From an uncultured Bacilli bacterium (GTDB lineage: Bacteria > Bacillota_I > Bacilli_A > RF39 > UBA660), in NCBI GenBank assembly GCA_947632405.1, contig CANRPE010000003.1, positions 322 through 64,321 on the forward strand: a stretch of 64,000 nucleotides of DNA, written 5' to 3'. The position numbers and the translations under genes are program-made. Under the pieces are notes generated by a model. The model was not told where the DNA came from. It saw only the letters and a list, made by a program, of their open reading frames with translations, and did not search any database. Positions 1 through 11,040 of the stretch are shown piece after piece. The first letter of the stretch is position 1. Every line of letters begins with the position of its first letter.

Positions 1-666
1 TTGATATTTTTCTAATTGTTCTTTTTTAGTAATAGTCCAAATAAAAATAAAATATTGATCTTTCATCTTTTTATAAAAATTATTTGTTAACATTTTTTTA
101 TTTATAGCAATAAAGTCAGGTTTTATATATTTAATATATTTAAAAATAAGTTTTGTTTTATATGCAAAGTTTGCTAAAAATTTATGATAATTATCAGTGA
201 CTAATATACCTAAAGGATATTTGGTTGTTTGCTTTTTAATTTTTTTTATAATATTTGGATTAAATGATTTCAATAATACTTTACCTTTATAATTTTCTAA
301 AGCTTTAAGTATTAATTCAATAATTTCTTTTTTCTTTTTTGTATTTTTTATTTCAATATCTAAGATAACTTTTCCATTTACAAGTTGAAGAACTTCTTGG
401 AAAGTTGGAATTTTTTCTTTTGTATTTTTTAAGTATAGTTTTTTTATTTCAGAATAAGATGTTTCTTGTATGTCTTTATCTAATCCTGTCATTCTTTTTA
501 AATTATCGTCATGAAATATGACTAAGTTATTATCTTTGGTAATTTGAATATCTAGTTCGATAGGATATTTTTTCTTTATTGCTTCTTGAAATGCTAATAG
601 TGAATTTTCTGGAATTGTGATATTGTCATGAACTCCTCGATGAGCTATAACCAAGTTTGTTAGCAT
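1..666 (-). CDS. glycerophosphodiester phosphodiesterase family protein (3' end runs off the window)
   Basis: Not in the ORF track because there is no stop in the window. Hand translation of the minus strand from ATG (666-664) gives MLTNLVIAHRGVHDNITIPENSLLAFQEAIKKKYPIELDIQITKDNNLVIFHDDNLKRMTG. These are the HRG / ENS / ELD / HDD motifs of the GDPD (GlpQ/UgpQ) family. The frame stays open to base 1. SD gaggtga lies upstream. Confidence 0.7.
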   Translation of the reverse strand, partial: MLTNLVIAHRGVHDNITIPENSLLAFQEAIKKKYPIELDIQITKDNNLVIFHDDNLKRMTGLDKDIQETSYSEIKKLYLKNTKEKIPTFQEVLQLVNGKVILDIEIKNTKKKKEIIELILKALENYKGKVLLKSFNPNIIKKIKKQTTKYPLGILVTDNYHKFLANFAYKTKLIFKYIKYIKPDFIAINKKMLTNNFYKKMKDQYFIFIWTITKKEQLEKYQ

Positions 667-787
667 AAATTTCACCTCTAACTATATTTTATCATATGAT
701 TTTAAAAAATTATTTATTATTTTTGTCGCTATTTGTTTTTGGCATAAATAAAAGTTATATGCTATAATAATATTAGGAAGTGAATTT

Positions 788-2776
788 ATGAAATTAATTA
801 AAACAAATGAAACTCCAATTAATGATCTTAAAATTATAAACCAAATTAGAAGTTTAGGTCTTGATATGATTCATGAAGCTAAAAGTGGTCATCCTGGAAT
901 TGTATTAGGAGCTGCTCCTATTTTATATACTTTATATGCAAAACATTTGAGATTTGATGTTCGAAAACCTGATTTTTTTAATCGTGATCGTTTTATTATG
1001 TCAGCTGGTCATGGATCTGCACTTTTATATGCAACTTTATTTATGGCAGGCTTTATAGAACTTGAAGATTTAAAACAATTTAGAAAAATTGATTCGAAAA
1101 CACCAGGTCATCCTGAATTAAATCAAACTTATGGTGTTGATATGACAACAGGGCCATTAGGTCAAGGATTAGCAACTGCTGTTGGAATGGCTTTGGCTGA
1201 AGCTAAATTAGAAGCTCAATATGAGAAAATAAAAAAGGATTTTATAGGATTTAATACTTATGTATTATGTAGTGATGGTGATTTAGAAGAAGGTATTAGT
1301 TATGAAGCTTGTTCTTTAGCAGGAACATTAAAATTAAATCGTTTAATTGTTTTATATGATTCTAATTCAATTTCTTTAGATGGTCCTACTAAAAATTCGT
1401 TTACTGAAAATATTGAAATGCGTTTTACATCCATGGGTTGGAATTATATAAAAGTAGCTGATGGTGAAGATTATGATGCTATTGATAAAGCACTTATAGA
1501 TGCTAAAAAGCAAACAGATAAGCCTACTTTAATTGAAGTTAAAACAATTATTGGGAAATATTCTAAAGATGAAGGTACTAATAAAATTCATGGTGGCGAT
1601 ATAGAAGATAGCGAAATTACTGCAATTAAGGATAAATTAAAACTTAGAGATATAGCATTTAATGTTACTAATGATACAGTAGAAGATTTTCAATATATGA
1701 TTCAAGAAAGAAATGAAAATATTGTTTCTGATTTTGAAACAAAATTTTCAAGTTTACCTATAGAAGAACAAACAAAATTAAAATCATTAATTGAATATAA
1801 TTATCCAATTGATTTAAAACAAATTGTTTATGAAAAACCCCAAGAAAATATTGAAGCATTAAAAGATACATCATCTAAAGTGTTAACTTCGCTTGTAAAA
1901 AATAATGATTTTATATTTGGCGGTAGTGCAGATGTTTTTATACCTACTAATACTTATGTCCAAGATGCTTCTGATTTTTCAAGTAAAAATTATTTAGGAA
2001 AAAATATATTCTTTGGGGTTAGAGAAAATAGCATGGGAGCAATTCTTAATGGGCTTTCTTTAATAGGTTTTAGAGGATATGGTTCAACATTTTTAGCATT
2101 TTCTGATTATATGAGACCTTCAATTAGAATGGCTGCTCTTTTAAATTTACCAGTTGTTTATATATTTACTCATGATTCTATTAGTATTGGCGAAGATGGT
2201 CCAACTCATCAGCCTGTAGAACAATTAGTATCTTTACGAGCTATTCCAAATTTAGAAGTATTTAGACCATGTGATGCTAACGAAGTAATTGGTGTTTATA
2301 AAACCATTATGAAAAAGACTGCTGGACCTAGTGTAATATCATTATCAAAAACAAAATTACCTATTTTAGAAACAACAAGTTCAAATGGAGTAGAAAAGGG
2401 TGCATATATTGTAAAAGCTGAAACTAGAAAATTAGATGGAATTATAATATCAACAGGAGAAGAAGTTCATCAAGCAATAGAAGTAAGTAAAAGATTAAAT
2501 GTAAAAGGTATTGATATTAGAGTAGTTAGTATGCCTTCTATTAAGAGATTTTTGGATCAAGATTCAACTTATATTGATGAAATATTACCAGTAGGAGTGA
2601 AAAAAATTGTTATAGAAGCAGGAAGTTCTCTTTCTTGGAATCGTCTTATCTTTAATCCAAAATATTTAATTACCTTAGATTCATTTGGTTATTCTGGAAG
2701 TAAAGATGAAGTATATAAAAAATGTGGTTTCGATGTAGATAGTTTAGAAGAAAAAATAGAACTATTATTAAAATAA
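788..2776 (+). CDS. tkt: transketolase
   Basis: 662 aa. GHPG and SAGHGS motifs, and THDSISIGEDGPTHQPVEQL (the transketolase Pyr-domain signature). Confidence 0.95.
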   Translation: MKLIKTNETPINDLKIINQIRSLGLDMIHEAKSGHPGIVLGAAPILYTLYAKHLRFDVRKPDFFNRDRFIMSAGHGSALLYATLFMAGFIELEDLKQFRKIDSKTPGHPELNQTYGVDMTTGPLGQGLATAVGMALAEAKLEAQYEKIKKDFIGFNTYVLCSDGDLEEGISYEACSLAGTLKLNRLIVLYDSNSISLDGPTKNSFTENIEMRFTSMGWNYIKVADGEDYDAIDKALIDAKKQTDKPTLIEVKTIIGKYSKDEGTNKIHGGDIEDSEITAIKDKLKLRDIAFNVTNDTVEDFQYMIQERNENIVSDFETKFSSLPIEEQTKLKSLIEYNYPIDLKQIVYEKPQENIEALKDTSSKVLTSLVKNNDFIFGGSADVFIPTNTYVQDASDFSSKNYLGKNIFFGVRENSMGAILNGLSLIGFRGYGSTFLAFSDYMRPSIRMAALLNLPVVYIFTHDSISIGEDGPTHQPVEQLVSLRAIPNLEVFRPCDANEVIGVYKTIMKKTAGPSVISLSKTKLPILETTSSNGVEKGAYIVKAETRKLDGIIISTGEEVHQAIEVSKRLNVKGIDIRVVSMPSIKRFLDQDSTYIDEILPVGVKKIVIEAGSSLSWNRLIFNPKYLITLDSFGYSGSKDEVYKKCGFDVDSLEEKIELLLK

Positions 2777-2825
2777 TTCGACAAAATTAGACTCTTATAT
2801 TAATTATACTAATAGTGGTGATAAT

Positions 2826-3251
2826 ATGAGAGTTTTTTATATTTTTAAAATTAAAGATGAATTTAAATATTTATATCAAGATAATCCATCTCAATTATAT
2901 AATATTTTCAAACAAATTTATTTTTTAGGAAAAGATGATATTAATTATGGAGAAAATATCTATTATCAATTAATTGATCCTATTGATAAAGCTTTATTAG
3001 ATCGAACATTATTTATAAAATTACATAAAGATATTCCTTATAGTAAAAAAGGACAAACTCACATAATGAATAATTTATATAAAGATGAAGTTAGTAGATT
3101 AATTATAAAAAATACGTATATGAAAATAGAAACAGAATCTAATTTTTCTTCTTTTTTTCATTATTTACCTTTATTACTTGATAATTTATTTGTTTGTGAT
3201 TTTTCTTATCTTGACTTTTTTTTCTTATCTAGAATAAAAACTCTTGTCTAA
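2826..3251 (+). CDS. YneE/SirA-like protein (DUF2522-like), tentative
   Basis: Its position between tkt and a yneF homolog copies the B. subtilis tkt-yneE(sirA)-yneF order. The N-terminus (YIFKIKDEF..LY...) loosely resembles SirA. No catalytic motif. Confidence 0.4.
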   Translation: MRVFYIFKIKDEFKYLYQDNPSQLYNIFKQIYFLGKDDINYGENIYYQLIDPIDKALLDRTLFIKLHKDIPYSKKGQTHIMNNLYKDEVSRLIIKNTYMKIETESNFSSFFHYLPLLLDNLFVCDFSYLDFFFLSRIKTLV

Positions 3252-3295
3252 ACTTATACTTTTTAGTAAAATACAAATAAGGAGATGACTAATTT

Positions 3296-3505
3296 ATGTT
3301 ACATGATATTTTAATGATTTTATTTGGTCTTGTTATTGGAGCTGTGATTGGTTTTTTTGTAGCAAGAACTATAATGAAAAAATACTTAAAGAAAAATCCA
3401 CCCATTAATGAAGAAATGATTAAAGCATTAATGATGCAAATGGGAAGAAAGCCTAATCAAAAACAAATTAATCAAATGATGAAAAATATGCAAAAATATA
3501 TGTAA
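3296..3505 (+). CDS. yneF: UPF0154 small membrane protein YneF
   Basis: 69 aa with one TM helix followed by [36 protein letters not shown], the characteristic YneF/UPF0154 sequence. Confidence 0.8.
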   Translation: MLHDILMILFGLVIGAVIGFFVARTIMKKYLKKNPPINEEMIKALMMQMGRKPNQKQINQMMKNMQKYM

Positions 3506-3610
3506 AAGTATATATAACTAAAAATTATAAAGTATTTAAATAATAAAAAGAAGAATTTCTTCCTTCTTTTTTTTTATTTTAAAATAAGATATAATATAAA
3601 TGGTGGTTAG

Positions 3611-5371
3611 ATGAAAGACTTTAAAGAGAAATTAGCACTTGTACCAACTAAACCAGGTAGTTATCAAATGAAAAATAAAGATGGTATTATCATTTATGTT
3701 GGAAAAGCTAAAAATTTACAAAGAAGATTGCGTTCCTATTTTACACGAACAGTAACTGGAAAAACAAAAATGCTTGTTGATGATATAGATGATTTTGAAT
3801 ATATTGTAACTTCTTCAGAATTAGAGTCTTTAATATTAGAAATTACTTTAATAAAAAAATATGATCCTAAATATAATATTTTATTAAAAGATGATAAAAC
3901 TTATCCATATATTGAATTTACTAAAGAAAAATATCCTAGGTTAAAAGTAGTTAGAAATGTAAAAAGAAAAAGAAATCAAAATTATTTATATGGACCTTAT
4001 CCTAATGTTAATGCCGCTAGAAAAACAGTTAATATGTTAAATCGTTTGTATCCTTTAAGAAAATGTGAAAATTTAAAAAAAGAGTTATGTCTTTATTATC
4101 ATATTCATGAATGTTTAGGATATTGTCAAAAACAAATACCACAACAACAAATCGATACAATGCAACATGAAATTACAAGTTTCTTAAAGGGAAATACTGA
4201 TTATGTTGTTACTAAAATCAAAGAAGAAATGATTGCAGCATCTGAAAAGTTAAATTATGAAAGAGCAAGCGAATTAAAAGAAATGCTTAATGATATTAAT
4301 ATTACTTTAAATAAACAAAAAATTGATTTAAATGATAATTATAATTTTGATTTATTTAATTATTATCATGATAATAATTATTTATCTGTCCAATTATTTT
4401 TTGTTAGAAATGGTTTATTAATTGGTAGGCATGAAGAAATTCTTTCTACTTTAAATTTAGAAGATGAATTAATTGAATATATTATTAAATTTTATGAAAG
4501 AAATCCTATTTTACCTAAAGAATTATTAATTCCTGAAGAAATGAATCATAGTTTATTAGAAGATTATTTAAATATAAAAGTTATAACTCCAAAACGAGGT
4601 AAATTGTTTTCTCTTTTATCGCTTGCTAAAGAAAATGCTATTTTGAAATTAAATGCTGAGGAAGAAACAATTAAACAAAATGATGAAATTAGGTTTAAGG
4701 CTCTTAATGAATTAAAAGAGTTATTACACGTAAATTCTGTTTCTAGAATGGAATCATTTGATAATTCTCATTTATTTGGAACATTTTATGTAGGTGGTAT
4801 GGTTGTATTTGAAGATTTTTTACCCCTTAAAAATGAATATCGTAAATTTAAGATATCTACAGAAATAAAAGATGATTTAGGTGCAATGAAAGAAGTATTA
4901 TATCGAAGATATTATAAAGTATTAATGGAAAATTTGCAGCAACCAGATTTAATTGTAATGGATGGGGGGAAAACTCAAATAACAGTATGCAAAGAAATTA
5001 TTTCTTCTTTAGGTTTAAAAATTCCAATAATTGGTCTTATTAAAAATAAAAAGCATCAAACAAGTGAAATTATGAATCAAGATTTTGAGATTTTACCAGT
5101 AAAAAAAGATAGTAATTTATTTTTATTTTTAACAAGAATTCAAGAAGAAGTGCATCGATATGCAATTACATATCATCGAAATATTAAAGCAAAAGGAGCA
5201 TTGTCTTCTTTATTAGACGTAGTAGATGGAATTGGTGAAGTAAAGAAAAAAGAATTATTAAAAACATTTGGTTCTTTGAAAAAAATGCAAGAATCTTCCC
5301 TTGAAGAATTAGAAAAAATTTTAAACAAAGATGTCGCAAAAAACTTATTTTCATATTTAAAACAATTATAG
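3611..5371 (+). CDS. uvrC: excinuclease ABC subunit C
   Basis: 586 aa. GIY-YIG N-terminus (GSYQMKNKDGIIIYVGKAKNLQRRLRSYF), UVR domain, C-terminal HhH. Confidence 0.95.
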   Translation: MKDFKEKLALVPTKPGSYQMKNKDGIIIYVGKAKNLQRRLRSYFTRTVTGKTKMLVDDIDDFEYIVTSSELESLILEITLIKKYDPKYNILLKDDKTYPYIEFTKEKYPRLKVVRNVKRKRNQNYLYGPYPNVNAARKTVNMLNRLYPLRKCENLKKELCLYYHIHECLGYCQKQIPQQQIDTMQHEITSFLKGNTDYVVTKIKEEMIAASEKLNYERASELKEMLNDINITLNKQKIDLNDNYNFDLFNYYHDNNYLSVQLFFVRNGLLIGRHEEILSTLNLEDELIEYIIKFYERNPILPKELLIPEEMNHSLLEDYLNIKVITPKRGKLFSLLSLAKENAILKLNAEEETIKQNDEIRFKALNELKELLHVNSVSRMESFDNSHLFGTFYVGGMVVFEDFLPLKNEYRKFKISTEIKDDLGAMKEVLYRRYYKVLMENLQQPDLIVMDGGKTQITVCKEIISSLGLKIPIIGLIKNKKHQTSEIMNQDFEILPVKKDSNLFLFLTRIQEEVHRYAITYHRNIKAKGALSSLLDVVDGIGEVKKKELLKTFGSLKKMQESSLEELEKILNKDVAKNLFSYLKQL

Positions 5372-5394
5372 TATAATAAAAATGAGGTGTTAAG

Positions 5395-5823
5395 ATGAAA
5401 AATAAAGGTTTTACAATGATAGAATTATTAGCAGTTATAGTTTTACTTGGAGTTTTGGGAGTAATTGGAACTGTTAGTACTACAAGATATTTAACTCAAT
5501 CACGAGAAAAATCATATCGAATTATGTCTCAAAGTATTTATGAAGCATATGAAAATTGTGCAATTCAAGGAAAATGTAGTTTACCAGCAAAAGGTTCTAC
5601 AATTAATAATTATAACATTGATAAATTAGTTCAATTAGGTTATTTAGAAAACTTAAGAAATCCATCTAGTAAAAGAAAAGATTGTACAGGAACAATTACT
5701 ATTAAAGCAGGAAGTAATGCTGTAGAATCAGAATATATAAAATATAGTTATACTGTAGATTTAAATTGTGCTGGAATTAACAAAGTTACTTATACATGGC
5801 CAGATGATAAAACAAAAAAATAG
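5395..5823 (+). CDS. type IV pilin / ComGC-like pseudopilin (prepilin-type N-terminal methylation motif)
   Basis: MKNKGFTMIELLAVIVLLGVLGVIG: a G|FTMIE prepilin peptidase site with Glu5 and a hydrophobic helix. Cys pairs in the C-terminal part. Orphan gene located between uvrC and mutL. Confidence 0.8.
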   Translation: MKNKGFTMIELLAVIVLLGVLGVIGTVSTTRYLTQSREKSYRIMSQSIYEAYENCAIQGKCSLPAKGSTINNYNIDKLVQLGYLENLRNPSSKRKDCTGTITIKAGSNAVESEYIKYSYTVDLNCAGINKVTYTWPDDKTKK

Positions 5824-5837
5824 AGTGAGGTATTAGA

Positions 5838-7586
5838 ATGTCACAAATAACAGTAATGAATGATGATTTAGCTAATAAGATAGCAGCAGGGGAAGTTGTA
5901 GAAAAAACAATGAATGTTGTTAAAGAATTAGTTGAAAATAGTATTGATGCTAAAAGTAGTCATATAGAAATTAATTTGATTGATTCTGGTGTCAAAGAAA
6001 TAAAAGTAGAAGATGATGGTATAGGTATGGATCGTGATGATGCAGCATTAGCTTTCAGTCGTCATGCTACATCTAAACTAAAAAACTTAGATGATTTATT
6101 TAATATTTGTTCTTTAGGGTTTAGAGGTGAAGCCTTACCATCAATCGCAGCTGTTTCAAATTTAGAATTAAAAACATCAGATCAAAAAATAGGAACAAAA
6201 ATAACAATTGATGGTGGCAAAAATATGAAAATCGAAAATTCTGATTTACAAAAAGGAACTACTATCATTGTTAAAAATCTTTTTTATAATACTCCTGTTC
6301 GTTTAAAATATTTAAAAAACTTATATATTGAACTTTCATATATTACAGAATATGTAAATAAAATGGCTCTTGCTTATCCACATATTCAATTTAAATTGAC
6401 TAATAATGATAAAACTATATTATCAACGCCAGGTGATGGTGATTTATTAAAAGTAATTTATAGTATTTATGGACCAGATACAGCTAAAAAAATGATTGAA
6501 ATATCAGGAGAAAATGATGATTATTATATTAGTGGTTATATTTCTTATCCTGAACTTACTAAATCAAATCGAAATTCAATTACAACTCTTGTTAATGGTA
6601 GAGTTATTAAAAATAATTTATTAAATAAAGTTATAGTAGAATCTTATCATACTTATATTCCTAAAGATAAATTTCCAATTATTGTTTTAAATATTGATGT
6701 AGATCCAATTCTTGTTGATATTAATATTCATCCTACTAAAATGGATATTAAATTTTCTAAATTCGATACTTTACAAAATTTAATTGAAAAAACAATTAGT
6801 GAGCAATTAAAAACTCTTTTATTAATTCCAAAAGCAGAAGTAAGAGATGAAGTATCAATTCAAGAAATTAGTAAAATTACTCCTTTCAAAACTACAATTG
6901 AGTTAGATCAAGATATGAATAATAAAAATATTATTTATGAAGAAACTACTTTAGATTTTTCTGTAAATGAATCTTCAGATAATTATGAAGAAGATCATTA
7001 TAGAATTAAAAAAATGATTCCTAAAGGTATAGTTTATTTAACTTATATTATTGCAGAAAATGAAGATGGAATGTATATAATTGATCAACATGCTGCAGCC
7101 GAAAGAATTAATTATGAAAAAGTATTAAAAGATATAACTAGTGAACATAAGCAAATCTTCGATTTATTAGTACCTATAAAAATAGAACTTCCTGCAAATG
7201 AATATTTAATTTTGAAAAAGCATTTTGATATTTTAAATAACTTTGGTTTTTCAATTGAAGAATTTGGTCATAATACTGTAATTATTCGTAGTCATCCTAC
7301 ATGGATTAAAGAAGGATATGAGGAAGAAGATATTAGAAAAGTAATAGATATTATTATTTCAGAAGAAAAATTTGATTTAGACCGATTTATATGGAAAATT
7401 TCAGCAACTCAAGCATGTAGAATGAGTATTAAAGCTAATGATTATATCAATCAAGAAGATCAAGAATATTTATTAGATGAACTAAGAAAATGTGATAATC
7501 CTTTTACTTGTCCTCATGGCAGACCAACTATTATCACTTATACAAAATATGATTTAGAAAAACTATTTAAAAGATCAATAGATTAG
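5838..7586 (+). CDS. mutL: DNA mismatch repair protein MutL
   Basis: 582 aa. GHKL ATPase N-terminus (IAAGEVVE..VVKELVENSIDA, DDGIGM, GFRGEAL). C-terminal CPHGRP motif. Confidence 0.95.
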   Translation: MSQITVMNDDLANKIAAGEVVEKTMNVVKELVENSIDAKSSHIEINLIDSGVKEIKVEDDGIGMDRDDAALAFSRHATSKLKNLDDLFNICSLGFRGEALPSIAAVSNLELKTSDQKIGTKITIDGGKNMKIENSDLQKGTTIIVKNLFYNTPVRLKYLKNLYIELSYITEYVNKMALAYPHIQFKLTNNDKTILSTPGDGDLLKVIYSIYGPDTAKKMIEISGENDDYYISGYISYPELTKSNRNSITTLVNGRVIKNNLLNKVIVESYHTYIPKDKFPIIVLNIDVDPILVDINIHPTKMDIKFSKFDTLQNLIEKTISEQLKTLLLIPKAEVRDEVSIQEISKITPFKTTIELDQDMNNKNIIYEETTLDFSVNESSDNYEEDHYRIKKMIPKGIVYLTYIIAENEDGMYIIDQHAAAERINYEKVLKDITSEHKQIFDLLVPIKIELPANEYLILKKHFDILNNFGFSIEEFGHNTVIIRSHPTWIKEGYEEEDIRKVIDIIISEEKFDLDRFIWKISATQACRMSIKANDYINQEDQEYLLDELRKCDNPFTCPHGRPTIITYTKYDLEKLFKRSID

Positions 7587-7594
7587 AGGCTATT

Positions 7595-8470
7595 ATGAAA
7601 GAAATTATTGTAATTATTGGACCAACAGGTGTTGGAAAAACAAAACTTAGTATCGAATTAGCAAAATATTTAGATGCTGAAATTATCAATGGTGATTCTG
7701 TTAGTATTTATAAATATTTAAATATTGGTAGTGCTAAGCCAACTATAGAAGAAAGACAAGGTATTATTCATCATTTAATTGATATTAAAGAATTAAATGA
7801 TGAATATAGTATCTATGATTATCAAAAAGATGTTAGAAATTTAATTAAAGATATAACACAACGTAATAAAAGAATAATTATTATAGGAGGAAGTGGTCTT
7901 TATTTAAAAGCAGCTCTATATGATTATACTTTTACTAAAGGAACTACATATAATGAATATATAAATCTAACTAATCAAGAAATTTTATCCAAAATAAAGA
8001 AAATAAATCCTACAATTGAAATTCATCCAAATAATCGAAAACGATTAGTTAGAGTATTAAATAAATTAGAAAATAATGAAGAAATAGGTCAAAATAAAAA
8101 TAAACTTTTATATCCTATAAAAATTATTGGTCTTACTACAACTAGAGAAAAACTTTATGATCGAATTAATCATAGAGTAGATCAAATGTTTACTGATGGT
8201 TTATTAGAAGAAATTATGAGTTTAAAATCTAATTATAAAAATTCTAGAATATTAAATACAGCTATTGGTTATAAAGAATTTTATGATTATTTATATAATA
8301 ATAAATCTTTAGAACAAGTAATAGAAGAAATAAAAAAGAATTCTAGACATTATGCTAAAAGACAATATACATTCTTTAATAATCAAATGGATAATATAGA
8401 GTGGTATAATGTTAATTTTAATGATTTTAATAAAACAATCGAAGAAATTAAAACAAATTTAAAAAAATAA
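7595..8470 (+). CDS. miaA: tRNA dimethylallyltransferase
   Basis: P-loop IIGPTGVGKTKLSIELA and the typical MiaA layout, directly after mutL as in many Bacillota. Confidence 0.9.
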   Translation: MKEIIVIIGPTGVGKTKLSIELAKYLDAEIINGDSVSIYKYLNIGSAKPTIEERQGIIHHLIDIKELNDEYSIYDYQKDVRNLIKDITQRNKRIIIIGGSGLYLKAALYDYTFTKGTTYNEYINLTNQEILSKIKKINPTIEIHPNNRKRLVRVLNKLENNEEIGQNKNKLLYPIKIIGLTTTREKLYDRINHRVDQMFTDGLLEEIMSLKSNYKNSRILNTAIGYKEFYDYLYNNKSLEQVIEEIKKNSRHYAKRQYTFFNNQMDNIEWYNVNFNDFNKTIEEIKTNLKK

Positions 8471-8557
8471 ATAATTTCTATTTATTTTTTTTTTTAATTA
8501 TGCTAGAATGTTATATAAGGTAGATATTGCCGTAGATATAAAAAGAAGGAGAATAGA

Positions 8558-9040
8558 ATGAAAAAAGGGAAAATGGGTGCTTTAAATAAAAAAGAAGCAG
8601 ATATAAAAAGAAATAAACAAATTTTTATATTAGTATGTTTAATAATTATTGTTGTTATTGTAGTAGCAATGATTATGAATTCTATTAATAATAATAAAAA
8701 AGGACAAAGAAATATTGATATTTCAAGTATTGTTAGAAATGCAGAAACAAAGATTATATATGTAAGTAGTAGTGATTCTAAAAAATGTAAAAAATGTTCT
8801 ACTATAAGAAAATACTTAGATAGTCAAAATATTAAATATGTTACATATGATGTTGAATCATATAGTAAAAAAGAATATAAAGAAATGTTAAAAACAATAG
8901 AAATTAATCCTGATGATTTTGATTATCCAGCAGTTATTTATATTAGAGAAGGTAGATTATATTCTAATATAATTAATTTGGAAGATACAAAGCCAGTAAA
9001 AGAATTTATTGATACTTATGATTTAAAAGAAATTAAATAA
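8558..9040 (+). CDS. membrane-anchored hypothetical protein, possibly thioredoxin/glutaredoxin-like fold
   Basis: N-terminal TM segment. CKKC motif followed by a short alpha/beta-looking domain. No firm family assignment. Confidence 0.3.
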   Translation: MKKGKMGALNKKEADIKRNKQIFILVCLIIIVVIVVAMIMNSINNNKKGQRNIDISSIVRNAETKIIYVSSSDSKKCKKCSTIRKYLDSQNIKYVTYDVESYSKKEYKEMLKTIEINPDDFDYPAVIYIREGRLYSNIINLEDTKPVKEFIDTYDLKEIK

Positions 9041-9125
9041 GTTCTAATGTCAAAAAAAGTCAAATCATTTGAAGATTGACTTTTTTTTATGTATAATTAT
9101 AGTGGAGAGTAATGGAGTGATAAAC

Positions 9126-11027
9126 ATGTCGTTAAAATATGATGATTCATCTATTAAAATATTAGAAGGATTAGAAGCTGTTAGAAAAAGGCCAGGAATG
9201 TATATAGGATCTACTGATAAACGTGGATTGCATCATTTAGTATGGGAAATTGTTGATAATTCTGTAGATGAAGCAATTAATGGTTATGGTGAAGCAATAA
9301 AAATTACTATTCATAAAGATAAAAGTATTAGTATAGAAGATCATGGACGTGGAGTACCTGTTGGTATGCATGAATCAGGTAAATCAACTCCAGAAGTTAT
9401 TTTTACAGTACTTCATGCTGGAGGTAAATTTGAAACAGATGGTTATAAAGTTTCTGGTGGTTTACATGGTGTTGGTTCTTCTGTTGTAAATGCTTTATCC
9501 AATTGGATGGAAGTAACAATAAAAAGAGATAAAGGTGAATATTATATTCGTTTTGAAAATGGTGGTAAAGTAGCAGTTCCATTAAAAAAAATAGGTACTA
9601 CTAATAAAACAGGAACAACTGTTAGATTTTTACCAGATGATACTATTTTTTCATCAACTAATTTTTCATATACAACTATTTGTGAAAGAATGCAAGAATC
9701 TGCTTTTTTATTAAAAGGAATATCTATTGAAGTAATTGATGAAGAAGATGGAAGACAAGTCAAATATTGTTATGAACGAGGTATTGAAGAATTTGTAGAA
9801 GAATTAAATAAAAGTAAAAATCAACTTCATAAAGTATTATCTATTCATGGAATTAAAGATAAAATCGAAGTTGACGTGTCAATGCAATATACTGATACAT
9901 ATACTGAAAATATTGTTAGTTTTGTTAATAATGTTAAAACAGTAGATGGAGGTAGTCATGAAGTTGGTTTTAAAACAGCACTTACTAGATGCTTTAATGA
10001 TTATGCCAAAACAAATGGTTTTATTAAAGGCAAAGAAAAACCATTAGAGGGTAGTGACGTAAGAGAAGGTTTAACAGCAGTTATCAGTTTAAAAATTCCA
10101 GAAGCATTATTACAATTTGAAGGACAAACTAAAGGAAAATTAGGTACTCCTCAAGCTCGTGTTGCTGTTGATACAATTGTAACAGAACAATTAAAAGTAT
10201 TTTTAGAAGAAAATAAAGTTGTAGCTACTGATATTATTAATAAATCTTTAAAAAGTAAAATAGCTCGAGAAGCCGCTCGAAAAGCTCGAGAAGAAGCTAG
10301 AAAAGGTAAAAATAAAAATAGTAAAGAAAGATCTTTATCTGGTAAATTAGCTCCTGCTCAAAGTAAAGATAAAACCCAAAAAGAATTATTTTTAGTTGAA
10401 GGAGATTCTGCTGGGGGCTCTGCAAAACAAGGCAGAGATCGAAAATATCAAGCAATTTTACCTTTACGTGGAAAAGTATTAAATACAGAAAAAACAAAAG
10501 AAGAAGATATTTTAAAAAATGAAGAAATTAATACAATGATTTATACAATTGGTGCTGGATATGGTCCTAATTTTTCAATTGAAGATTGTGAGTATTCTAA
10601 AGTAATCATCATGAGTGATGCTGATGAAGATGGTGGACATATTCAATGCCTATTGCTTACCTTCTTTTATCGATATATGAAACCATTAATTGAAGATGGA
10701 AGACTATTTGTTGCTTTACCACCACTTTTTAAAATTCAAAGTGGTAAAGATATTGATTATGCATATACTATCGAAGAAATGAAAGAAAAATCACAAGGAC
10801 GTAAGTGTGAAATTCAAAGATATAAAGGACTTGGTGAAATGAATGCAGACCAACTTTGTGAGACAACAATGCAAAAAGGAACTAGAACTTTAATTCGCGT
10901 AAATATAGAAGATGCTCAACTTGCAGAAAAACGTGTTTCAGTACTCATGGGCGATGATGTGGCACCTCGTAAAGAATGGATAGATGAAAATGTTGAATTT
11001 ACATTAGAAGATGAGTATCAAATATAA
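9126..11027 (+). CDS. parE: type IIA topoisomerase subunit B, most likely topoisomerase IV ParE
   Basis: GHKL and TOPRIM motifs (EGLEAVRKRPGMYIGS, LVEGDSAGGSAKQGRDR, IMSDADEDGGHI). Start moved to the ATG at 9126, which is preceded by ggagtga; the ORF-track start at 9069 adds a hydrophobic extension. Called ParE rather than GyrB because it is not in a dnaA/recF context. Confidence 0.8.
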   Translation: MSLKYDDSSIKILEGLEAVRKRPGMYIGSTDKRGLHHLVWEIVDNSVDEAINGYGEAIKITIHKDKSISIEDHGRGVPVGMHESGKSTPEVIFTVLHAGGKFETDGYKVSGGLHGVGSSVVNALSNWMEVTIKRDKGEYYIRFENGGKVAVPLKKIGTTNKTGTTVRFLPDDTIFSSTNFSYTTICERMQESAFLLKGISIEVIDEEDGRQVKYCYERGIEEFVEELNKSKNQLHKVLSIHGIKDKIEVDVSMQYTDTYTENIVSFVNNVKTVDGGSHEVGFKTALTRCFNDYAKTNGFIKGKEKPLEGSDVREGLTAVISLKIPEALLQFEGQTKGKLGTPQARVAVDTIVTEQLKVFLEENKVVATDIINKSLKSKIAREAARKAREEARKGKNKNSKERSLSGKLAPAQSKDKTQKELFLVEGDSAGGSAKQGRDRKYQAILPLRGKVLNTEKTKEEDILKNEEINTMIYTIGAGYGPNFSIEDCEYSKVIIMSDADEDGGHIQCLLLTFFYRYMKPLIEDGRLFVALPPLFKIQSGKDIDYAYTIEEMKEKSQGRKCEIQRYKGLGEMNADQLCETTMQKGTRTLIRVNIEDAQLAEKRVSVLMGDDVAPRKEWIDENVEFTLEDEYQI

Positions 11028-11040
11028 AGGAATAATTAAT

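Noticed and set aside
9069-9125. N-terminal extensions of several ORF-track ORFs (9069, 11011, 20987, 40632, 42052, 44065, 48915, 54288, 60300, 62865)
   Set aside because: Internal ATGs preceded by good SD sequences coincide with the conserved N-termini of the protein families. The extensions overlap upstream genes or promoters.
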